A DNA stretch of 64,000 nucleotides from the IMG/VR virus record IMGVR_UViG_3300031652_000001. One strand, written 5' to 3'. Source of the DNA: a virus. Of this stretch, positions 39,091-48,094 are shown one piece after another (the stretch's first letter is position 1; each line of letters opens with the position of its first letter). Below the pieces are notes generated by a model that worked only from the letters and a program-made list of their open reading frames with translations, was not told the origin of the DNA and did no database searches. The position numbers and the translations under genes are program-made.

Positions 39091-39401
39091 CTTTTGTTTC
39101 CTTTCTTCCGTACTGAACCATCTTCGTTCATGCGGGTCAATAGCTCCATAAGAAGCCCCGTCTCAAGACTCTTGTTCCCACAATTACTGCTTGTTGTTAT
39201 CAAGTCATCCGAAAGATCTATCTCGCACTTGATCTCATAGATTTCTCTTTCTTCGGGATAACTTTTATCCTTCCCGGCCCCAATCTTGGATCTGACAACT
39301 TCGCCAAGAATCTCCTTCAAAGAAGAATCCTTGATGTCAGACGTTACAGAAAAATCATCATCCGCAAAATTGTACAATACACGAATATATAACTTGCTCA
39401 T
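39087..39401 (-). CDS. Hypothetical protein
   Basis: ATGA-coupled ORF. Confidence 0.6.
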   Translation of the reverse strand: MSKLYIRVLYNFADDDFSVTSDIKDSSLKEILGEVVRSKIGAGKDKSYPEEREIYEIKCEIDLSDDLITTSSNCGNKSLETGLLMELLTRMNEDGSVRKKGNKR

Positions 39402-41269
39402 TTTGTCTCAAGGATTACCCTTACAGGATGCCCCCCCGTGGGCCACGATGGCCTTGGTTCTGAGATAGAACCCAACCCATAAGGATCCCATTGTAACCCC
39501 TCCACGGCCTTCTCATGCTCCACGTAGGGGGCAATGAAAGCCTCATCGATACCATCCTCAAATTTGAGCCCACGATTGATATCGTCCTTAATCACGCCAA
39601 TTAAAGAAACATCGTAAGGACTGAACGTATTCACAATATCATCGTCCAGACAATCAATCTCGCGATCAATCTCGTAGTAGAAACCCTTCCACCGAACCTT
39701 GCCAATTTCCCCCCAGTTGTAGCTCCCGAGGAGATCCTTATTCGGACAGACTCGTTTTTCTGGACGTCCAACCCGAAACAGTAAACTCAAATCCTTAACC
39801 TTGACCTTATGCCCCCCTGTCAAAAGGACGGTTCTGTTGTCGTATGGAAAAAGCTCACCCTCTATTCCGACAACGACCTCGATACCGGAGACCTTCCTGA
39901 TGACACTGCCTTCGACTACTACCCGAACAACTTCGTCTCCTTCAAGAAGCTGTTCAACCGACATGATAGGATCCATCTTGTCAACACCGAGCTTTTCCTT
40001 TTCAAGAATAGCAACGAGATGCAATAGCATGCCCCTTTTACCGACACCAAAACCGGGAAATATTGACATACCATCATTGGACAACATATCACCCGCGAGC
40101 ATCCTTGCTCCCTCCATGTACGTGTCATACATCTCTTTATTGTTCGTCGATTGAGCATGAGAAATCCGATCCAACAACTGAATCATGTTGAATTTTCGTC
40201 TGTCTCCCTCCTTATCGTAAAAAGCGATCTGACGATTGACACTTGGATCCCCCAACAACTCCCATGTGAGCGGATCTCGTTGCACCGAATAGCTCTCCCG
40301 GTTGTATCTCCTCATGGGGTAAGGATCTTCCTGATTACCATCCGGACCATCGTATCTAGCAAGCACCTTCGTATAAACCGGACTTGCCAAGCCGTCGAGC
40401 TTAACCCTTCCCAACATCACTCCTATTTCACTCATCTCCATCTCAAAAGACTCGACCGCATACACTTCACCGTAGTGCTGACCGACGATGAACACAACAG
40501 TGTTCCCAGGATACAGCGGACCGTCAAGAATTGGATCTATCGGCACCAACGTCCTGATTTGGCTCTCAGAGAGCCTTTTCCTGTTATTCTCCGGCCTACG
40601 ATGGCCGGGAATTCTTTCTATTCCTTCATCCATTTCCTTACCCTCTTTTTCTCCTGACTCGAACTTATAGTCCCAGTGAAAAATCCCTTTCACAGGCGCC
40701 GTCATTGGCTGCACTTTGAATAGATCATCCACTTTGAATAGATCATCTATTGAAACAGGTGGCCTAGACCTGACAAGTGGAATAAGACTGGCCAAAATAG
40801 GAACACCTCTTTCAACCGAAAGATCTCTAAGCTCTTTTACTTTTCTTTCTGCCAATTCATATGGTGAAAGCTCAGAATTATCGACAGCCTTCAGATCTTC
40901 CTTGGGTGGATCTTCCTTGGGTAATTCACCATAATACTCTCTGATCCCCTCATAGAATTTAGGAAAACTATGAGCCCTCATAAAGTCACAGGGATAAGAA
41001 GAAAGGAACAGATTGTCTTCTTTTGGTTCTTCATTAGCCTTCGAAGAAACTTTGATACCAGCTTCCCTTGTTTTCCTGAACAACTCCGAATAGGTCCTTT
41101 TGTTTTTCGTAATCACTGGAAATGTTCCTTTCAAAAAAACAGTGTCATCGACTTTTATAAACTCCGCAATAATAGTCTCATCAACCTTGATTCTTCTATC
41201 CGCAAAATCACAACCAATGATAAAATCCGTTTTATCAGGAATCGTCTTTTTTTTTCGCCTGAACTTCAT
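39398..41269 (-). CDS. Mosaic hypothetical protein containing a major-capsid-like (gp23 VQPM) segment
   Basis: ILASLIPLVRS...DDLFKVQPMTAPVKGIFHWDYKF. Confidence 0.6.
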   Translation of the reverse strand: MKFRRKKKTIPDKTDFIIGCDFADRRIKVDETIIAEFIKVDDTVFLKGTFPVITKNKRTYSELFRKTREAGIKVSSKANEEPKEDNLFLSSYPCDFMRAHSFPKFYEGIREYYGELPKEDPPKEDLKAVDNSELSPYELAERKVKELRDLSVERGVPILASLIPLVRSRPPVSIDDLFKVDDLFKVQPMTAPVKGIFHWDYKFESGEKEGKEMDEGIERIPGHRRPENNRKRLSESQIRTLVPIDPILDGPLYPGNTVVFIVGQHYGEVYAVESFEMEMSEIGVMLGRVKLDGLASPVYTKVLARYDGPDGNQEDPYPMRRYNRESYSVQRDPLTWELLGDPSVNRQIAFYDKEGDRRKFNMIQLLDRISHAQSTNNKEMYDTYMEGARMLAGDMLSNDGMSIFPGFGVGKRGMLLHLVAILEKEKLGVDKMDPIMSVEQLLEGDEVVRVVVEGSVIRKVSGIEVVVGIEGELFPYDNRTVLLTGGHKVKVKDLSLLFRVGRPEKRVCPNKDLLGSYNWGEIGKVRWKGFYYEIDREIDCLDDDIVNTFSPYDVSLIGVIKDDINRGLKFEDGIDEAFIAPYVEHEKAVEGLQWDPYGLGSISEPRPSWPTGGHPVRVILETK

Positions 41270-41669
41270 CTCTTACCCTTCTCCCAACACTCAGGACAGA
41301 AATCCTTTCCTCCTGGAAGATTTACCCTCCACCCATAAAGAGAATACATATACCGTATCGTGTGGAGCTTATCCCGATCGCTACCCTTCTTCTTCAGCTC
41401 TAATGGTGGAAACCCAACACAGCTCTTACCACACCCATCACATATAATGTCGTGAAACACCATCAGTCATACCCTATCCGATACCCTCCGATAACGACGA
41501 TCACGATGACGATCTTCGCTTTCAATCATTATCTTTGTTATCAGAATTCATCATCAACCAATATCTATGTCCATTACCGGCACATCATCTCATCAATATC
41601 CAAGTATACCCACCTCAATAAAAGCTTCAAACTAAAAAAGAAAAAATACCCAATTTTATGAAATTAAGT

Positions 41670-42446
41670 TCACTGAAAAACGTCCGATACAGCACCAATA
41701 ATCGACTCTATGTTTGCAGCGTAAAATCCAGCAGAGTTGAAACAGCCCAGTTCTATTACCTTGTAATCTCCATAGTGAAGACCAATATCCATCACAAAAA
41801 CCCTGGATGGAGAATACAGATCACAAAGATTTTTTGTTATCCCAATAAGGTCTTCGGGATACCCAGCTGAAACATCCAGTCTTGACCGCTTTCGATACTG
41901 ACTTCCGGATACTACCTGATTATCAACGATCCAAAGCCTCCACTCTCTCTCTATATTCCGAGGACTCGAAATCATTATCGGCTCACCATCTAGATCTGTT
42001 CCGTGAACCTTTCCAGAAAAAACCAGTATATCTTCCTCCCGAATCAACTGACCGTTGAATGCCTTATTATCTCTGTCCGGCCTCACAAAGACCAAACCAT
42101 CGCATGAAAGCTCCTTTGCTATATCAACCGTCTCTTCTGACCCGAGTCGAGCAAAAACACCATCATTGTTCAGCACCATATCACCATATATCGGCATCCA
42201 AACCGAACACACCGAACTCGGATTAAAAAACGTACCAGGCGCCCAACTACCCTTTTCCTGAATTCGCTCTATCCACTTTGTGGCACCATAAAAAATAGTC
42301 GGAACACCATTATCGACATCCGGAAGGTCATCAGAAAACGGAATCACCTCCACCCCATAAAAATCGTGTCCGTACTTTTCACACGCCCTTTTTATGGCTT
42401 CAACATCATCAGTTTTTCCGAGGTTATTCTGACACACCCACTTCAT
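41670..42446 (-). CDS. ATP-grasp domain protein (DUF4343/R2K-like)
   Basis: FVRP...KAFNG, EWRLWIV, FVMDIG...VIELGCFNSAGFY. Confidence 0.85.
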   Translation of the reverse strand: MKWVCQNNLGKTDDVEAIKRACEKYGHDFYGVEVIPFSDDLPDVDNGVPTIFYGATKWIERIQEKGSWAPGTFFNPSSVCSVWMPIYGDMVLNNDGVFARLGSEETVDIAKELSCDGLVFVRPDRDNKAFNGQLIREEDILVFSGKVHGTDLDGEPIMISSPRNIEREWRLWIVDNQVVSGSQYRKRSRLDVSAGYPEDLIGITKNLCDLYSPSRVFVMDIGLHYGDYKVIELGCFNSAGFYAANIESIIGAVSDVFQ

Positions 42447-42461
42447 CTCAGACCTCCAATT

Positions 42462-42788
42462 TCAATCATCAAAATCCGGAATCTCCACCGTCTTTCCCGA
42501 AAGGAAATGAGTGCTGTCAGTAAGGTATCGAATCTTCCCATCCGTCACAAATGAATGACAAAGGTTCTCACCGGTGCGTGCACGAATACTCGGTTTCACA
42601 GTTGGTTTGTCATCCTCAACACCGGAAACCGTCCAACGCGGCCGTGGTCCCCTCACCCTCACTGAATGAGCAAAGCCACACCCCGGACAATGAAAGGCAT
42701 ATTGTTTTTCTGTTTCATTATCCATAAGCACTATGAACTTCATATTAACCTCACTCTTGATGTTATTCTTTCGGAATATCTTTACCAT
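42462..42788 (-). CDS. DUF6527-like protein
   Basis: FHCPGC...H...PT..PSI...CHSFVTDGKI.YL.DSTH. Confidence 0.75.
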   Translation of the reverse strand: MVKIFRKNNIKSEVNMKFIVLMDNETEKQYAFHCPGCGFAHSVRVRGPRPRWTVSGVEDDKPTVKPSIRARTGENLCHSFVTDGKIRYLTDSTHFLSGKTVEIPDFDD

Positions 42789-43288
42789 CAGACATTCTTC
42801 AGACCTTTTGCCTTTCTCTCTCTCGTCATGGCCCTTCTCACCGCAGCCAAATCTTTTTTCAGTAACCGGATTTGCTCTTGAACCGTTATGACCTCACCAT
42901 CTTCTTCATCGTCTTCAAAATCACCTGCCAAGTATCTCACCAAGTCTTTCTCTTCTCTCTTCAATGCCTGAAGTTTAGTGGTAAACAACCACTCAAACTT
43001 ACTTGGCCTCAAAGAACCATCGTCGAGAAGATGAAGGACAGTCTTGTCGCTTTTGGATATACTTTTAGCCCAACCATAGTCGAAATGCTTCTTCGATTTC
43101 TTGACCCACGTATACTTATTTTTGCAAGTAAGATATGCACGTCTTTCATACGATCCAGAATCAGGATACCCAGGTATCGGCTTGAAATCACACCGACGCT
43201 GGATGCTTGTGATGATCCACTCCCTAAAAAAAATCTTCCCTTCATCAACAAGCGCACTCCAAAAAGACTGTCCAACTTTAGGTTTCAT
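42788..43288 (-). CDS. Hypothetical protein
   Basis: ATGA-coupled to 43285-43839. Confidence 0.6.
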   Translation of the reverse strand: MKPKVGQSFWSALVDEGKIFFREWIITSIQRRCDFKPIPGYPDSGSYERRAYLTCKNKYTWVKKSKKHFDYGWAKSISKSDKTVLHLLDDGSLRPSKFEWLFTTKLQALKREEKDLVRYLAGDFEDDEEDGEVITVQEQIRLLKKDLAAVRRAMTRERKAKGLKNV

Positions 43289-43839
43289 TCATTACCACCC
43301 TCTCTATCCGAAATTTTTCCAGGTAACAAATCGGCCGGATCTACTTTAGGACGCTTCTTAATATCCCCTTCTGAAATTTTTGGGATTCCACTTTCCACGG
43401 GAGCAAAAATAGGGACTTCTCCCTTTTTGATTTTTCTGAGTGTCGTTATCATCCGGCTCCCAAGAATAATGCCCTTTTCCCAGCTTGCTCTACCATCAGG
43501 AGTCAAAAGATTTAAATCTGTACGGTTCAGTACTTGTTGAGACCGAAGAACTTTCCTAAACGCAGTCTTCCTGGTTCTTTCTGCATAGTCTGGATTCGAC
43601 TCATCTTCCAAAATACGTATTCCCAGCCTTTCGCATTTACATACCAATAATCTACCTGTCTGATCGGAAAGATCCTCTATCTTCTTTGCCAATTTAACTG
43701 TCTCTAGTTGATACCTAGGAAAATCATCCTCTCTTTTTACACCGTGTATCTCTTCACATCTACTTGGAGAAATCCATTCTCCTTTTTTTAAAAGTGTAAC
43801 ATCAAGAGGATAAAACTTGACTTGCTGTACAACATCCAT
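43285..43839 (-). CDS. Hypothetical protein directly downstream of the pentamer array (candidate accessory protein)
   Basis: Starts ~20 nt after the last repeat; basic, helical C-terminal half. Confidence 0.65.
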   Translation of the reverse strand: MDVVQQVKFYPLDVTLLKKGEWISPSRCEEIHGVKREDDFPRYQLETVKLAKKIEDLSDQTGRLLVCKCERLGIRILEDESNPDYAERTRKTAFRKVLRSQQVLNRTDLNLLTPDGRASWEKGIILGSRMITTLRKIKKGEVPIFAPVESGIPKISEGDIKKRPKVDPADLLPGKISDREGGNE

Positions 43840-43860
43840 TGAAAAACCTTTTGTCTTTAA

Positions 43861-44815
43861 TTAGACCTCAAGCTTTGAAGTGATCTCTACCCGAGGTACC
43901 CTTCCGATCCATTCCTTTCCATTCCCTTCCTCTCCCATCCGTTCCACTCCGGTCCGTTCCTCTCCAATCCAGTATTAGACCTCAGGCTTTGACATGATCT
44001 CCACCCGAGGCACCCTTCCTCTCCATTCCTCTCCATTCCTCTCCGTTCCAATCCGTTCCCGTCCGATCCGCTCCAGTCCTATCCCGTCTCAGACCTCAGG
44101 TTTTGAAGCGATCTCCACCTGAGGTACCCTTCCTCTCCCTTCCGATCCATTCCCTTCCGCTGCTTTCCGATCCCTTCCGGTCCGAACCCGTCCCTTCCTT
44201 TACAATCCCTTCCATTCCAGTCCGATCCCATGTTAGACCTCAGGCTTTGACATGATCTCCACCTGAAGTACCCTTCCTTTCCTTTCCGGTCCTTTCCCAT
44301 CCATTCCTCCCCAATCCAATCCAGTCCTTTCCACTTCATTCCCCTCCAATCCAGTCCTTTCCACTTCATTCCCCTCCTATCCAATCTCAGACCTCAGGTT
44401 TTGACATGATCTCCACCTGAAGTACCCTTCCTCTCCTTTCCCTTCCAATCCTATCCGTTCCAGTCCGTTCCCTTCCCCTCCAATCCAGTATTAGACCTCA
44501 GGCTTTGAAGTGATCTCTACCCGAGGTACCCTTCCTTTCCATTCCGGTCCTATCCGTTCCAATCCTGTCCGCTCCCGTCCGATCCGCTCCAGTCCAATCC
44601 AGTCTCAGACCTCAGACTTTGAAGTGATCTCCACCCGAGGTACCCTTCCTCTCCCTTCCATTCCTCCCCTGTCCAATCCATTCCATTCCACTCCGTTCCT
44701 CTCCCCTCCAGTATTAGACCTCAGGCTTTGACATGATCTCCACCTGAAGTACCCTTCCTCTCCCTTCCTTTCCTATCCTTTCCTTTCCATTCCATTCCTC
44801 TCCTATCCGGTCCCT
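43861..44815 (-). repeat. Array of 8 units: (NN-GGA)12-22 tract plus 44-nt hairpin repeat (candidate guide-RNA array)
   Basis: Repeats start at 43861, 43973, 44087, 44231, 44385, 44489, 44603 and 44712. The tracts hold 14, 14, 20, 22, 12, 14, 13 and 12 phased pentamers; 114 of 121 have exact TCC (GGA on the minus strand). Confidence 0.95.
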
Positions 44816-44833
44816 TTAATCACCATTTTACTG

Positions 44834-45412
44834 CTAAAGAAACTCGACGTTGAATCGACCAAATCTCGGTCGATAATCACCGACCCCCTTGTCGCCGCAC
44901 ACCTCCAAAATTGACTGAAGCTTTTGCTCCGTAAATGGAGCACCATAGGCAATGACACCCTCCGCAACCCACCCCTTGAACATCGGCCTCGTCCTAAGGA
45001 CCTTCTTCTTGGCGACGTTGACCAAACACTGATACATGCAGTTCATGTCACCATATCGTTTTCTGGGATCCGACGGACCTTCGAAATCCGTCAACTTGAA
45101 GGGCTCCTCCACCAAAATTGTCTGAACGGTTTCGGCTTTCGAAATCTTCGCCTCATTCCATCCTGCATCTCGTATCATCGCGACAATATGATCCACCGGA
45201 ATGATGTATTTGCCATCGCCATCCATAATGAGACCACCAAAAAATTCCGCCTTGGCGATGGCCTCATAATTCTCGGAAGTTTTCTTTTTTCCACCACGGT
45301 CTGTCTCTTCCTTCACACGTTGTGATGCCGGATCCATTGGATTCGCCAATCGATTGTTGTGTTGAAGATACGCAGAAAGCCCAACAAATCTCACCCTCAT
45401 CTCTTTTTTCAT
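44834..45412 (-). CDS. RAMP/Cas7-like small protein heading the pentamer array
   Basis: N-terminal strand VRFVGLSAYLQHN, RTRPMF..W, and C-terminal Gly-rich loop GVGDYRPRFGRFNV, as in RAMP-fold proteins; the stop is 18 nt from the array. Confidence 0.7.
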   Translation of the reverse strand: MKKEMRVRFVGLSAYLQHNNRLANPMDPASQRVKEETDRGGKKKTSENYEAIAKAEFFGGLIMDGDGKYIIPVDHIVAMIRDAGWNEAKISKAETVQTILVEEPFKLTDFEGPSDPRKRYGDMNCMYQCLVNVAKKKVLRTRPMFKGWVAEGVIAYGAPFTEQKLQSILEVCGDKGVGDYRPRFGRFNVEFL

Positions 45413-45472
45413 GATCCTATCCTCTTTCTATATCTGTTTCTTTTTGGTCCCTATTGACCAAAACTCACCATC

Positions 45473-45916
45473 TTATTCGACCTTTTCTCTATCTTCCCCC
45501 ATTGAAGCTCTCACCACCATAGCTTTCGCTATTTCTCCGTGCTTTGCTTCACAAATCCTAATTGCCTCATCAATGTGACTCATCGCCTGAATCAACGTCG
45601 TAGCATTAGCTGAATTCACCCATGTCTGAAGGAGGCTAGCAAGCAATCCCTTTTGCTCATCAAGAGCACCACAAACCCCATGAAGACTCAGTCCAAGGCT
45701 CTTTGTTTTTTCGACATCAGAAAAAACAACTTTCTCAAGACACTGAATCGGCCACCAACCAAACCTGGTTCCGTAGAGCTCTTCACCCTCATCGGATTTT
45801 ACATCCATAACATGACAAGTTTCACCAATACTGTTTCGGGTCACAGGACGTTCAACGATCCACTTTCGAGTGAAACTGTTATCAACAATCCTTACCAGAT
45901 CCCCTTTTGACGGCAT
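45473..45916 (-). CDS. Hypothetical protein
   Basis: GGGAG RBS before MPSKGD. Confidence 0.55.
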   Translation of the reverse strand: MPSKGDLVRIVDNSFTRKWIVERPVTRNSIGETCHVMDVKSDEGEELYGTRFGWWPIQCLEKVVFSDVEKTKSLGLSLHGVCGALDEQKGLLASLLQTWVNSANATTLIQAMSHIDEAIRICEAKHGEIAKAMVVRASMGEDREKVE

Positions 45917-46259
45917 GATTGCTCCCTTCATACGCCCGGATGAGAGCTGAAAAGATATCGTTAATATCAGCAGGTTTGTAAACAATCTGGACACCAGGAT
46001 AATGTGCTTTTGAATCCCCCGTATGGAGGACAACCGGTATCGGAGACATCTCGACGACTCGATAACCACTGTCCTTCGTCGGACAGTCGAGGTCACTGAG
46101 AACGATATCATACTTGCCGGTCTTGATCTCGGATATACCAGCATCCGTCGAAAGCGCCACAGTAATGCTTTTCCAGTTTCTTCGCAAACACCTGACCAGC
46201 ATCCGCGCTACCGGCTCTTCATCCTCGATGACCAAAAGATTCATTTCGTTCGTTCTCAT
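45882..46259 (-). CDS. Single-domain response regulator (REC)
   Basis: LLVIEDE, DIVLSD (phosphoacceptor), VVLHTG and KP. Confidence 0.85.
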   Translation of the reverse strand: MRTNEMNLLVIEDEEPVARMLVRCLRRNWKSITVALSTDAGISEIKTGKYDIVLSDLDCPTKDSGYRVVEMSPIPVVLHTGDSKAHYPGVQIVYKPADINDIFSALIRAYEGSNHAVKRGSGKDC

Positions 46260-46302
46260 ATCTCCCCCGTTTCTTCGGGCACCTAGCCCGGCATCTCCTA
46301 TG

Positions 46303-46340
46303 AGTCTATCCATTAAAAACGCGAAGTCAAGTTCACTTTT
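46303..46340 (-). promoter_or_regulatory. Phage promoter (GAAC-TTGACT family)
   Basis: TTGACT-16 nt-TAGACT; heads the REC / RAMP-like / array operon. Confidence 0.65.
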
Positions 46341-46374
46341 AAAACCTAACTCTCTTTTAGTCTGAAAACCTCTT

Positions 46375-46689
46375 TCATATCGATACCCCTACCAAACGTT
46401 TCTTCAAAAACATTTTCTCCCCATCCTTCATAAGAACGACCTCAATCATAGGTACTCTGTCGAGGAAGATAATATTCTTGAACATAACATCTCTGGATCT
46501 CCCCGGCCCGAAACCGACAATGACCCTTTTTCTCACTTCACTCAACCTCGGTTTTACTTCGAAAAATATCTCAACAAGTTGATTTATCGACTCCAGAATC
46601 AACTTATCCATCTCAACTTGTATGTTCTTACTGTACCGAGCCATAGCCTCATTCTCGAAGCTATCGATGCCACCTATGACCTTTACCAT
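46375..46689 (-). CDS. Hypothetical protein
   Basis: GGAGG RBS. Confidence 0.55.
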   Translation of the reverse strand: MVKVIGGIDSFENEAMARYSKNIQVEMDKLILESINQLVEIFFEVKPRLSEVRKRVIVGFGPGRSRDVMFKNIIFLDRVPMIEVVLMKDGEKMFLKKRLVGVSI

Positions 46690-46924
46690 ACCAAAACCTC
46701 CATCAACTCATAGTAAACCGTTTCCTCACAATCAGCTCATCAATTCTCAGCCTCAAATCCATCGCTAAAAACATTCCAGGCACCGTCATACCATGAATAC
46801 ATCGCCCATGTTTCATCTGGCCATACCAACGTAACCGTCGAACAATCCTCGGGATCCACCTCTATCGATGCCGCCTCACCAGATTTACTGGTCGCCAGAT
46901 CAAAAAGCTTTCCCCACTGGTCCA

Positions 46925-47191
46925 CTATGCCGATCTCCTTCTCGCTCGCTTACGAATGTTCCTGGCACGGCGCCTCTCATTCTCGTGATGAAATGTTGAC
47001 ATGACCTTCGGTGCCACTTCGTTGAAGATGGCTTCTACTCTCTCCTTTCTGGTTTTCCGATTCACCGGATAACCGCACGCCTCAAGCGCCTCGATTTTTT
47101 CGATTCTTGTTGCATCTTCTTTTCTAGCAACCGACTCGAACTTGGAAAGCGCAAACCTGGTTTCTTTCTCTTTTACACTGTGTCTTCTCAT
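46925..47191 (-). CDS. Hypothetical basic protein
   Basis: Coupled ORF. Confidence 0.55.
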   Translation of the reverse strand: MRRHSVKEKETRFALSKFESVARKEDATRIEKIEALEACGYPVNRKTRKERVEAIFNEVAPKVMSTFHHENERRRARNIRKRARRRSA

Positions 47192-47683
47192 CTTCTTAGT
47201 CCTCCATACTCCATTTCACAGGAGATCCATCACGATAAAAAATCTCAAACTTAATACCAACTCTAACGGCATCCCATTCAGCCTGTTGCCTTCTGGCTAA
47301 TTGGATTGCCTTCCCTCTCGTAAGACTGCCTTTCCTAAAACCATTCGTACCAACAACAACATAATTGCCGTCATCTACTGGAATACTAATTTTATTCCCC
47401 ACGATAGCCTCCATGGTCCTCAAATTGGATTCCCCGTCTACATCATTTTCCCTTGTTGAAAACGAAACCAGAAATCTCACGCTTTTCAATCTCACGATAC
47501 GACAACTTCTCGTCATCTAGTTTTCGCCTATTGAATACCAAAAAGCTGTCCGACCATTTATGAGACACAACAACAACACCGAACACCACAAAGCCGACTT
47601 CGCCGTCAGAATCAACAATCCACCTGGCCTTGCCGAGCTTCAAAAATACCTTCATGATCCAGCTCAACATCCCCCACCCCCAA

Positions 47684-48094
47684 TTAGATGACACCGAGTT
47701 TGATGAGCCACGATGGATGACCGTGCGGACACACGCCATCCGGCTCCACCGTACAGCCATCCGTGGCCTCGACTACCGAATCACACGCCCACGCCTCAAG
47801 CTGGTCCATATCCGGCTCAGGTTCTGTCGGCTCCGGCCAAATCCCCTTCGATTGAGCTTCGACGATCCTGTCAACGGTAACCGCCCACGGACCGTTACAA
47901 TCCGCAACCACGACCACGTCACCGGCCAGCTCACCGACCACGATACCATCAGGAGAAATCGTCCTGATGTTCTCAAGACCGGCATCTTTCGCCGCATCCG
48001 AAGGGCTCATATCCTCTTCACCGACAGCGTATCCTCGACCAGAATCGTTCCCTGAACGCCACGCATTCAACAGTTCTTTGTCCGTCATAGCCAT
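47684..48094 (-). CDS. Hypothetical protein (C-terminal CxVEPDGxCxHGHxS module)
   Basis: First gene after promoter; AGGAG RBS. Confidence 0.65.
   Translation of the reverse strand: MAMTDKELLNAWRSGNDSGRGYAVGEEDMSPSDAAKDAGLENIRTISPDGIVVGELAGDVVVVADCNGPWAVTVDRIVEAQSKGIWPEPTEPEPDMDQLEAWACDSVVEATDGCTVEPDGVCPHGHPSWLIKLGVI

Noticed and set aside
44079-44731. ORFs 44079-44384 (-) and 44510-44731 (+) inside the array
   Set aside because: Period-5 repeats do not keep a codon frame and there is no convincing start context; these are by-products of the repeat.
43861-44815. Canonical CRISPR array
   Set aside because: The spacers are not foreign sequence but phased NN-GGA pentamers of variable length (60-110 nt), and there is no cas1/cas2 or canonical effector in the window.
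43861-44815. Neutral microsatellite or assembly artefact
   Set aside because: Strict 5-nt phase, free NN variation, regular hairpin repeats with G-U-compatible changes and tight flanking genes argue for selection.
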